Positions 7,996 to 15,705 of a stretch of 39,237 nucleotides of DNA are shown one piece after another. A program made the position numbers and the translations under genes. The DNA lies in IMG/VR virus record IMGVR_UViG_3300027432_000003, positions 1 through 39,237 of that record; one strand, written 5' to 3'. The stretch's first letter is position 1, and each line of letters starts with the position of its first letter. Below the pieces are notes generated by a model. That model ran no database searches. It was not told the origin of the DNA and saw nothing but the letters and a program-made list of their open reading frames with translations. Origin of the DNA: a virus.

Positions 7996-9081
7996 TCATG
8001 GCGGCGTGGGATTTATGGAAAACATAATCCGCGCCCATTTGGCCAGGTCTGGAGGATTAATCAGAGAACCCCACAAAGATGGACCAGCCGTGTACATGAA
8101 CATCTGATTTTGATAACCTACCGTGAAGGAGCTAATCCCGGATTGATAGGTCACGACATCGCCCGGATAAATCACCTGGCTGGCAAGGTCCGCCGGATCG
8201 GTCAATCCCGTGTCCGCATAATAATTTCCGCGCCAGTTCAAAACCGATGCCCGGGAAAATCTGTTGTTGACGTGGTCGAACACCTCCTGAATCACCGTCG
8301 TCTGGCCGTTTTCAACGTTTATGCACCCGATGCAAATTCTGTTCTCACTGCTCAACGGGTAGGGGCCGTTCCCTTGAACGTCGCCAATGGCTATCCGCCT
8401 GGCCTCGATTGATGCCACTGGCAAACCCCCAACGGTTGAATCTTGAATTTGTATCCAAATTCCAAACACCAATTGGCCGGGCGTGGCGTCAGAGGAAATT
8501 ATCAAAGGCGGATTTAACGTCGCTTCAGTTGGGTCGTCAAAACCAAGTCCGCTGTACCATGGCGTCACCCCATCCGTCCCCTGCTGAATATTGTATCGGT
8601 ATCCGTAGTTCGTCGCGTTGTAAATGAGATCAAAGTCCGGTCCCGAATAATAAAACCCGTCATTCAACACTTTGTATTTTGGGCGGACCTCGACCTGGCC
8701 GCAACGGACTGACCAGAATCGCCAGGCATCCGTCACGGGGTTGACCGTGGGTGGGGTGGCTGAAAAATCCGTCGGCTGGGTAGCGTCGATGTTGCAAACC
8801 GTCGGCGCACCGCTTTCCTCGTCAAGGAACGTGATGCCGGTCGCAAACGAAGCGAAGTTAGACGGCTGATAAATTTTGAACGGGTGCGACAACTGCGGCG
8901 TGGATTGGCCTTTTCCGCCTCGCTGCCGCGCATGAAACCGCACTCCGCGAGTCGTCTGTTCCACGCGAACCGTTGGCGAATCGAAAAATTGAATCTCGGA
9001 TTTAATCTTCCGCGCCATCGCCTGGGCGAAATTCGCCGCGTTTGAATTGCCGGTCGGGGCGGGGAAATTCGTTGATCTCAT
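7996..9081 (-). CDS. Hypothetical virion (distal tail or baseplate) protein
   Basis: ORF track 7996..9192. I moved the start to ATG 9081 (MRSTNFPAPTG), which overlaps the upstream TGA as ATGA. It sits between the tape-measure-like gene and the fibre gene. Confidence 0.6.
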   Translation of the reverse strand: MRSTNFPAPTGNSNAANFAQAMARKIKSEIQFFDSPTVRVEQTTRGVRFHARQRGGKGQSTPQLSHPFKIYQPSNFASFATGITFLDEESGAPTVCNIDATQPTDFSATPPTVNPVTDAWRFWSVRCGQVEVRPKYKVLNDGFYYSGPDFDLIYNATNYGYRYNIQQGTDGVTPWYSGLGFDDPTEATLNPPLIISSDATPGQLVFGIWIQIQDSTVGGLPVASIEARRIAIGDVQGNGPYPLSSENRICIGCINVENGQTTVIQEVFDHVNNRFSRASVLNWRGNYYADTGLTDPADLASQVIYPGDVVTYQSGISSFTVGYQNQMFMYTAGPSLWGSLINPPDLAKWARIMFSINPTPP

Positions 9082-9944
9082 ATCGGCGCGTAACGAATGG
9101 TTGACCAGAGAGCCAGAACGTATTCCGTCACGATGTCCACCCGGAATTGGGAATTTATCTGCTCGCGGCTGGCGCTTTTTTTCCACGACCAAAGATAATA
9201 TGCGGCTTCATTCGGGTCCGGCGATTGGGCCGGTATGTTGTTTATTTTCGTGATGAGCCGCGATGGAATTGGGTAGGTCCATAAAAAACCATTGTTGACC
9301 TCGCTGAAAAGCTGCGCCGTCGTGTAAAGTTTATTGACGTTCAAATCCGCAACGTTGTAAGTGCTTTGCTGGTTAACGTTTGAAGTGTGACGTAAAACAT
9401 AAAAGAACGGACCCCATGAATCCTGCGATTTTTGCAGTTCATTGTAAAGTTGAAGCGATTCGCCGCTGGTCGGAACGGAGAACGTTGTCACCGGGACCGG
9501 CCACGTCGCCCCGATGCCGTCCTCGGAGCAGGCTTCTGCCGCGTCCTCAAGGGTTGACGCTTCAGCTATCGCGCGCGCGATCACGGCGCGGTCATTGGTG
9601 CTTATGCCGGCCTGGACGAGCGGGTCGGAAAATACCGACTCGGAGGATTCATTGGTTTCAACCTCCCATTGGTCGAAGACATAATCTGGAATCGTGACGC
9701 CATTGATTGTTATTCCTTGAATCGGTGTTTGAGTTGAAAGCTCCGACAAAACCGGACTGACAAAAAGTTCTCCGCTTGCGCCCTGCGATTCGGCCAGCGC
9801 GGCCAGCGCAAGAAGTAAATTTATGTCGCCGGTGTTTTTCAATCCGAGCGTCTGGCCGGAACGCGGGTCGAATCGAACCGTGAAAGGTTTCGGGATTGGA
9901 CCGAGTGTGCCGGTTTTTTTTGGAATCGTCGGATTGATTGGCAT
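9078..9944 (-). CDS. Hypothetical virion (distal tail) protein
   Basis: 288-aa ORF directly downstream of the tape-measure-like gene. Confidence 0.6.
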   Translation of the reverse strand: MPINPTIPKKTGTLGPIPKPFTVRFDPRSGQTLGLKNTGDINLLLALAALAESQGASGELFVSPVLSELSTQTPIQGITINGVTIPDYVFDQWEVETNESSESVFSDPLVQAGISTNDRAVIARAIAEASTLEDAAEACSEDGIGATWPVPVTTFSVPTSGESLQLYNELQKSQDSWGPFFYVLRHTSNVNQQSTYNVADLNVNKLYTTAQLFSEVNNGFLWTYPIPSRLITKINNIPAQSPDPNEAAYYLWSWKKSASREQINSQFRVDIVTEYVLALWSTIRYAPI

Positions 9945-9956
9945 TATAATGGCATT

Positions 9957-11090
9957 TTAATATTTCACCGGCATGGCGTGCGCGGGTGTTTTTTTATCAA
10001 TGCTTCGCAATAATTTTTCAGCCTCAATCGAGGCTTTGACCATTTGCTCATAGCCCGGCGGCGTGGCCGCGTAAGCGCCTATTTTCTGCATCGAATTCAA
10101 GTCCAGCATTTTATTTATCTGGTGCACTTCGCCGGGAGATTCTTTTTTTGGTTCCGGCTTGATAATCGCCGCCGCGATTGCGGCCCAAATTGAGCCTCCC
10201 ATTATTCCGCCGCTGATCAAGTTGGACGGTTTTGGATTGAGCCAGGCACCCCCAAATGAAGTGGCCGTTCCGCGAAATTTTGGACCTCCCGCCCTCCGCT
10301 GTGCCGCGTCAATGGCGGCGCGCTCTTGCGGCGTAATGGCGAGGCCAGACGCGGAATTTGCCGACGTGAACGCGTCCGCCGCTTCAGCTCCGCCGCCCAA
10401 CGCGGCCAAACCTTTTAAAGCGTACATCCAACCCGAAACGGCGCGCGAACCAATCACGATTAATCTGTCTTTCAAAGAATCCAAACCGCGCTTGGCCTCA
10501 TCAATGTTTTTTATGTCCTGACTCGAAATAATCGGGGCATGATCGGCCATCTTGTCCAATTCCTCGCGGCTGGCGGTGAGATAGGGCAGCAACTCGCGTC
10601 CACCGCGCCCGAAAATTTCCATGGCCATGGCCACGCGCTGCGCCGGGTCGCTGGTCGCGGATATGGATTGCCTGATTTCCTCGAATATTTCAGAATTATT
10701 TTTGCCGGTGGTTGAAATTCCCCAACGCGCAAAAGTCTTGACCGCCTTTTCTTCGCCTTCAGCGGCCTGCCCGATTAACTCATTCATTTTCCCAAGCCCG
10801 GTCTGGCCGGATTTGATCTCGATGTTCATCTGACCCAACGCAAAATTGAATTTCTGGATTTGATCGGTATCAAATCCGGTTTGAATCGCCTCGCTTTTTA
10901 TATCGGCGACTTTTTGCAGAATCGAATTGAAGGCCATGCTGATTCCGGCCACGGACAGGGCCGCGCCGATGCGTGACGCAAGAGCGCCGCCGATTTGGCT
11001 CCCCATCGTTTCCGCTTCACCCTTCGCGCCGCGCAAGCCGGACGAGAATTGGCTCTTATCAAGCCCGAGTGATGCCATCAGGCTGGGCAT
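9957..11090 (-). CDS. Tape-measure-like protein (short, 377 aa)
   Basis: I moved the start to ATG 11090, which is preceded by GGGGAGGAATC. The protein is Ala/Gly-rich with a helical N-terminal half. The motif MEIFGRGGRELLPYL resembles tape-measure proteins, and there is a hydrophobic GGIMGGSIWAAIAAAII segment. Confidence 0.55.
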   Translation of the reverse strand: MPSLMASLGLDKSQFSSGLRGAKGEAETMGSQIGGALASRIGAALSVAGISMAFNSILQKVADIKSEAIQTGFDTDQIQKFNFALGQMNIEIKSGQTGLGKMNELIGQAAEGEEKAVKTFARWGISTTGKNNSEIFEEIRQSISATSDPAQRVAMAMEIFGRGGRELLPYLTASREELDKMADHAPIISSQDIKNIDEAKRGLDSLKDRLIVIGSRAVSGWMYALKGLAALGGGAEAADAFTSANSASGLAITPQERAAIDAAQRRAGGPKFRGTATSFGGAWLNPKPSNLISGGIMGGSIWAAIAAAIIKPEPKKESPGEVHQINKMLDLNSMQKIGAYAATPPGYEQMVKASIEAEKLLRSIDKKTPAHAMPVKY

Positions 11091-11722
11091 GATTCCTCCC
11101 CTTCGTTTGAAATTATTTCCAGCCCGGATTCCGGGTGCTCCCTTTCCCATTGCGCGCGGGCCTCGTCCACTTTCACGTCCTGCTCGTTTTTAATTTCAAG
11201 CCGCCGGTTTTCTTCCAGCCACGCGGCGTGCCTGATTTTTGCGAATCCGAATGGCGAGTCCCAGGCTTCGGAATCGTTCATGCGGCATTGCGTGGTCAAA
11301 AATAAATGCAGCCGCAAAAGAAACGGCGCGCCCAAAAAGCGGGACGGTCCCGAATCGGAAGATTGAGCCGGAAGCTGGCAGGGCAATTCCAGCGAACCGG
11401 CGTCCCGGTATGCCTGGAATTTTTTAAGCTCCGTGAAGGCGTTGAATTTTACCGCCGCGCGCTTCGACCACCTTTTGATTTTATAAAGTTCATACAGGCT
11501 GGAATTGAGCCGAAGATTTTGCTCCTGGGTATGCTCGCAAATTAAAGCGGCCTCGAACAAATGCGCGGCGGTGACGGTTCCGCGTCCAGCGGAAAATGTC
11601 GCCAGCGGATTGTCCTGCCGGATCAGCCACAATTCATGCCCAACCGAGTATGGCCGCATGGCCAACCCAAGCACCTGCACCGGAGCCGGCAGGACGGCTT
11701 GAGCCAGAAGTTTTTCGTACAA
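11078..11722 (-). CDS. Hypothetical protein in the position of a tail assembly chaperone
   Basis: 214-aa ORF. Its TTG start directly follows the TAA of the tube-like gene (GGTTAACTTG). No slippery site was identified. Confidence 0.45.
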   Translation of the reverse strand: MYEKLLAQAVLPAPVQVLGLAMRPYSVGHELWLIRQDNPLATFSAGRGTVTAAHLFEAALICEHTQEQNLRLNSSLYELYKIKRWSKRAAVKFNAFTELKKFQAYRDAGSLELPCQLPAQSSDSGPSRFLGAPFLLRLHLFLTTQCRMNDSEAWDSPFGFAKIRHAAWLEENRRLEIKNEQDVKVDEARAQWEREHPESGLEIISNEGEESCPA

Positions 11723-11723
11723 G

Positions 11724-12167
11724 TTAACCGGAAACCGTGGTTGAAAGCGCCTGCGCTTGGGTCGCGTTTGCGTAAAGCCGGACGGGCAGTTCTATTTTTG
11801 CCGAGTCCTGAAAATTCAACATGATGCGCTGTTTTCCCATGTAAATCCAATAATTTGAATTCAGCGCGGCAAGTTTGAAATTTGAAAGCTGGATGGCGGA
11901 AAGCGGCGTCAAAAAAATAGCCACGGCTGCTGCGGCGGAACGGGTTGCGCCGGCCGGCTCGATGGTCAGGCGGCCTTCAATGTTTTGATTCGTTGCAATC
12001 ATGGTGACATCGTAATCGGTCTCGTCCTGTTCCTCTTTGACGCGCGTGTTGTCCGCCAGGTCGATTGATTGGGCGACAAATGACGCAAACGCGGAGATTG
12101 AAATCTGCGAACCGTTGTTGGTGATGCCGAACAGTTTTGCGGTGCCGGTCTGGATTTCTGGAATCAT
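11724..12167 (-). CDS. Tail tube-like protein (candidate major tail protein)
   Basis: 147-aa ORF. The call rests on its position upstream of the chaperone-like and tape-measure-like genes and on its size and composition only. Confidence 0.4.
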   Translation of the reverse strand: MIPEIQTGTAKLFGITNNGSQISISAFASFVAQSIDLADNTRVKEEQDETDYDVTMIATNQNIEGRLTIEPAGATRSAAAAVAIFLTPLSAIQLSNFKLAALNSNYWIYMGKQRIMLNFQDSAKIELPVRLYANATQAQALSTTVSG

Positions 12168-12170
12168 AAT

Positions 12171-12347
12171 TTAGGCGTGAAAATTGATTTCGCTCACGCG
12201 GCGCTGGACTGATGGGTGCGATTTCCAAAACGCCCTCCGATCGGAGTATTTCACCAATTTTTGGAATTCGGCGAACTCCTGGGCTTCTTGTTCTGGTGAA
12301 ATCACCTGCGGTTCATCCGGTTCGGTTTGTTCGTTCAAATCGGCCAT
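12171..12347 (-). CDS. Small acidic hypothetical protein
   Basis: MADLNEQTEPDEPQV... The ORF track starts at TTG 12356. ATG 12347 lies 7 nt downstream of junction motif copy a. Confidence 0.5.
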   Translation of the reverse strand: MADLNEQTEPDEPQVISPEQEAQEFAEFQKLVKYSDRRAFWKSHPSVQRRVSEINFHA

Positions 12348-12353
12348 AATCTT

Positions 12354-12375
12354 CAAGAGTGTTCAAAAGTTAACC
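12354..12375 (-). promoter_or_regulatory. Late junction motif, copy a. Gene sense: GGTTAACTTTTGAACACTCTTG.
   Basis: It lies immediately upstream of gene 12171..12347. A partial second copy, TTAACTTTTCAAAC, is at 12514-12529. Confidence 0.5.
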
Positions 12376-12695
12376 GACGGCAAGGCACGGAACTTGCGAT
12401 ACAAGCGGCATGATTACCGAATGTTATTGGTGCAACCGAACGGGCCGGAAGTTCATGGCCCAAAAAACGTATAAACACGCGCTATCGAGCGGGCTATGCA
12501 GTTTTCACGCGCGGTTTGAAAAGTTAAAATTTGAGCTGGAAATGCGAAAACTGGACATGTCCAGTGATAAATGGGCAGAAAATCAACGCTCCATTTGAGT
12601 TATAGGCTTCGAAGCCTGTTTCCGGTAAATGTTCCATGTGGAACAAAAACGAGCCACGGCGCAAGCGCAGCGCATTCTGGACGCCGATTTCTGAT

Positions 12696-13025
12696 TTATT
12701 GCGGCATTGCCGCCGAAGCCGGAACGGACGACAGTCGGATCGGTTTGATGCTGACGTGGACCGAGAATATTCCCCCCGTGATCCGGTCGGGAGCGATTTT
12801 TTTCAATTTTGCCGCCGCCAGCGATTCGGCGGCGGATGGTGGCGTCCGGTTTTGCGCGACGTGGCAATGCGCGTCAATTCGCACGCCGTTGAATTCTGGC
12901 ATAAATCCAGCGATTTCTGAAAGCAGGGCGGCTTTCCACGCCTCTGGCATTTCGGCGTTGGATTTGATTTCAGCGGCGACATTTTCGCGGCTGCCGGTCA
13001 GCTCTATAACGCTCCAGTTTGTCAT
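12696..13025 (-). CDS. Hypothetical protein (head-tail module)
   Basis: 109-aa ORF with an ATG start, tightly packed against the upstream gene. Confidence 0.55.
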   Translation of the reverse strand: MTNWSVIELTGSRENVAAEIKSNAEMPEAWKAALLSEIAGFMPEFNGVRIDAHCHVAQNRTPPSAAESLAAAKLKKIAPDRITGGIFSVHVSIKPIRLSSVPASAAMPQ

Positions 13026-13029
13026 ATAT

Positions 13030-13605
13030 TTAATTTGGTTCGATTGGCTCGGTGGCGTTTGTTGCGCGGACGTACAGCGTCAGATTTAAAACATCCTCCC
13101 AAAAAGTTCCATCGGACGAGGCATCGCCAGAGCCGCCCTCAAATACAACCTCGTCGCATTTGAATAGATTCAGGTCGCCGTTGGTGTCCGGTTCAGCGGC
13201 GGCCAGCGTTCGCGCGGCCGATGTGATGTTGTCGGCCAGTTGGGTGTTGTCGGCGTCAACGATGTCAGTGAAAATCAAATCAAACACCTGCGCCACAAAT
13301 TGTTCGCTCGCCAACCGTTCAGATTGCGGACCTGCATTCTGGGGTTGAATCGATCCTGGCGTTTTGCAAACAATCCGCGTTTCGACAAGGTATCGACCGG
13401 GGTTGGCGTCATCCCGCACCCACCGAACGCAATCGCAAATCACCAGTCCGTTGTTGACGGTTTTGTCTAAAGAAAATTTGACCGGAAACACGGTTGTTTC
13501 GTCAATAAACGGTTGCTGGCCTTGTGGCGCGTTCGCGGCGGCTGATTGAACGAGATAGGTCGCGCAGGCGCGGGCGGTCTTGGAAAGCAGATTGTGATAG
13601 CTCAT
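13030..13605 (-). CDS. Hypothetical head-tail connector or tail-terminator candidate
   Basis: 191-aa ORF. The call rests on position only. Confidence 0.5.
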   Translation of the reverse strand: MSYHNLLSKTARACATYLVQSAAANAPQGQQPFIDETTVFPVKFSLDKTVNNGLVICDCVRWVRDDANPGRYLVETRIVCKTPGSIQPQNAGPQSERLASEQFVAQVFDLIFTDIVDADNTQLADNITSAARTLAAAEPDTNGDLNLFKCDEVVFEGGSGDASSDGTFWEDVLNLTLYVRATNATEPIEPN

Positions 13606-14315
13606 CGGTTTTTCAAATTGAACGCCGCGAATGATTCCGCGTCAAGTTTTGTTTTCAGATGATCCATCATGCTGACGGTTTCCAATCGAAAGGCCGCCTC
13701 CAGCGCGGGACGGCCATATTTCATCAACGCCGCGTTATGATGCTCCGATTGCGATCCAGAAACGCCGACAAGATTTTCAATGATGGCCGTCGGGCTGTCG
13801 CTTTCAACCGCCGGCGTTACTCGCCCCTTCGCTGCGCCATATTGTTTGACTGAATAATCGACGGAGATTCCACCACCTCGATACCTCGAGGGGACAATCT
13901 GAGCCAGCAGCTTGATGGCCGGCAACCAGCCGGATTTCAAAAAGGCAACCGTCCGCTTTCGCCCGGAAATGAATTTGCGAACCGCCTCCGCCATCTCCGG
14001 GCCGTACAGACCCTTTTTACGTTGCCGGCCTCGCTGCTTATTCACCAAAAGCGCGACCAGTGGAGCGCCTGGCGCGTTGATGGCCATGATTTTTCTTTTG
14101 ACCGTTCGCCCGCTTTTTTGGCGCTCGAAATATTCCGTCATTTCCGAAAGTTCCAGGCCGATCTTCCCCGCGTCCGCCTTGGGCGTGAACTTCTGCGCGC
14201 CGAACGCGATCCGCAGCGCATGGCCGTTGATGACCGCCGCCGCAGTCCGGCTGGACGCGCGGACGCATTCCAGCAGGGCCGCGTCGAATTTCCGTTGATT
14301 CCAGGTCTCAGGCAT
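13602..14315 (-). CDS. Hypothetical head-tail connector protein
   Basis: ORF track 13602..14444. I moved the start to ATG 14315 (MPETWNQRKF), 5 nt downstream of the upstream stop codon. Confidence 0.55.
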   Translation of the reverse strand: MPETWNQRKFDAALLECVRASSRTAAAVINGHALRIAFGAQKFTPKADAGKIGLELSEMTEYFERQKSGRTVKRKIMAINAPGAPLVALLVNKQRGRQRKKGLYGPEMAEAVRKFISGRKRTVAFLKSGWLPAIKLLAQIVPSRYRGGGISVDYSVKQYGAAKGRVTPAVESDSPTAIIENLVGVSGSQSEHHNAALMKYGRPALEAAFRLETVSMMDHLKTKLDAESFAAFNLKNR

Positions 14316-14679
14316 TTTGCGATGCGTCGTTGGCGTTGATGGTGATTTGATGGCCGCCCGGCGCGGAATCAACCGACACGATTCGATATATTTTTCCGTT
14401 GTACAAAATGTTTTGTCGGGAATCCGGGAACGGGCCGGCCCCAAACTGCGCGGTCGTCAGGGTCATCCGCAGATCGCTGTCGAGGCCGAATCCTCCGGCT
14501 GCCAAATCTCGCCTAAACGTCACGCTGCCGGGCAGAGCCTTCCATGTGCCGGTGCCAGCCGGCATTGGATTTCCAGCCGGCCATTGGAACGTCGGGCAGG
14601 CCGCGCCGCAGGACGCGGCCACGGCGTCCAAGCTGGCCGCGTGGATGGCCCAAATGTCCGGTTGAAAATCTGGCGGCAT
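14308..14679 (-). CDS. Head-tail joining (adaptor or head-closure-like) protein
   Basis: 123 aa. The C-terminal ...NILYNGKIYRIVSVDSAPGGHQITINA resembles the conserved end of phage head-tail joining proteins. This match is from memory. Confidence 0.45.
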   Translation of the reverse strand: MPPDFQPDIWAIHAASLDAVAASCGAACPTFQWPAGNPMPAGTGTWKALPGSVTFRRDLAAGGFGLDSDLRMTLTTAQFGAGPFPDSRQNILYNGKIYRIVSVDSAPGGHQITINANDASQNA

Positions 14680-14688
14680 AAATCAAAA

Positions 14689-14720
14689 CCGCCGCGCCGA
14701 AACAACCAACGGCGCGGCGG
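14689..14720 (-). terminator. Intrinsic terminator downstream of the capsid block
   Basis: A 10-bp GC stem, CCGCCGCGCC (14689-14698) and GGCGCGGCGG (14711-14720), with a 12-nt loop. On the minus strand it is followed by TTTTGATTT. Confidence 0.65.
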
Positions 14721-14738
14721 GAACCAATGCGGCTGACA

Positions 14739-14999
14739 TTATTTCGCCGGAGCGGAAGGTCCGGCCAATTCGGCGGCCAATTCCGGCGGAACGGTTTCCT
14801 TTTTCTTTTTCAGTTCGGCGAGACACCGCTCCAAATTTTCCTTCGTTGGCGGCACGATCCTGGCCGCCGCCTTCAAGTTGGCCAGCAACGGCACGTCCGA
14901 CTTTTTTTCATCATCAAACGTTTCGATGGTGCCCTTGGCGTGGAATCTGCCGTTGTCGCCAATGCAATTCGAGATGAACAAAACTTTTTGGGTAGCCAT
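14739..14999 (-). CDS. Hypothetical protein
   Basis: 86-aa ORF with an ATG start, between the capsid-associated genes and the terminator. Confidence 0.55.
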   Translation of the reverse strand: MATQKVLFISNCIGDNGRFHAKGTIETFDDEKKSDVPLLANLKAAARIVPPTKENLERCLAELKKKKETVPPELAAELAGPSAPAK

Positions 15000-15016
15000 A
15001 GATTTTTTATGCGTTG

Positions 15017-15664
15017 TCAGTACAAGCCCTGTTTGGTCCGGCCCCGCATGATCGCGGCCGTGTTATAAACCGCGTTTGATCCGCTGGTGCTCCAGACGAG
15101 TTGAATATAATTGCCGGCGTTGTCGGAATCAAATCCAATCGTCCAATTTGCCGTCGGGCCGGAATTTCCGGTGGCGCTGCTGGTGAACGGGGCGGGCTGC
15201 GTCCATTGGCCCGAAAACCCGTTCAACGCGACGACCGCATTGCTGATGGTGCCAGGGACCATGAACGTATTGGTCGTGTAAATCACGGCGGAATTCGTGG
15301 TCCCGACGTAGTTGGTGGTGATGATGGTCGTTGACGTTGCGAACGCCACGTTGGTCATCTGAATCCAATTGTTCGTTCCGGTGATGGAGCTGTACAACGT
15401 GAACGTGTTCGTCGGTAGAACCGCCGCGCCGGCGGAATTTGAAATGCTGTAAATATCCATCACCGCGACGCCGAGAAACCGGCTGATGTTTGCGACGTTC
15501 GTGGTTTGCAGGGTTGTCGCCGCGGACTGGGTCAGGATTTGAGGCGGACTGATGACGATGGTTTTTGGCGCGGCAAAATAATCGAAATTGCCCTGGGCGG
15601 ACGCGGTGAAGATGGACGCCGCCAGCGCAAACAACCCGAACATGATTTGTTTTGTGAAGTTCAT
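15017..15664 (-). CDS. Signal-peptide-bearing protein in the position of a head decoration protein
   Basis: I moved the start to ATG 15664 (MNFTKQIMFGLFALAASIFTASAQG). The protein is T/N/S-rich and its gene immediately follows the capsid gene. Confidence 0.55.
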   Translation of the reverse strand: MNFTKQIMFGLFALAASIFTASAQGNFDYFAAPKTIVISPPQILTQSAATTLQTTNVANISRFLGVAVMDIYSISNSAGAAVLPTNTFTLYSSITGTNNWIQMTNVAFATSTTIITTNYVGTTNSAVIYTTNTFMVPGTISNAVVALNGFSGQWTQPAPFTSSATGNSGPTANWTIGFDSDNAGNYIQLVWSTSGSNAVYNTAAIMRGRTKQGLY

Positions 15665-15678
15665 ATTTTTTTCGTTCC

Positions 15679-15704
15679 GTTGGGTGTCAAAGTTGGGTGT
15701 CAAA
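15679..15704. repeat. Perfect 13-bp tandem duplication (GTTGGGTGTCAAA x2). Each copy reads TTGACA on the minus strand.
   Basis: 15679-15691 equals 15692-15704. It lies in the 41-nt spacer between the capsid ORF and gene 15017..15664. Confidence 0.9.
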
Positions 15705-15705
15705 A

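Noticed and set aside
13036-13060. A GGTTCGATTGG string resembling a tRNA T-arm.
   Set aside because: It lies inside the coding sequence of 13030..13605, and I could not draw a surrounding acceptor or anticodon stem.
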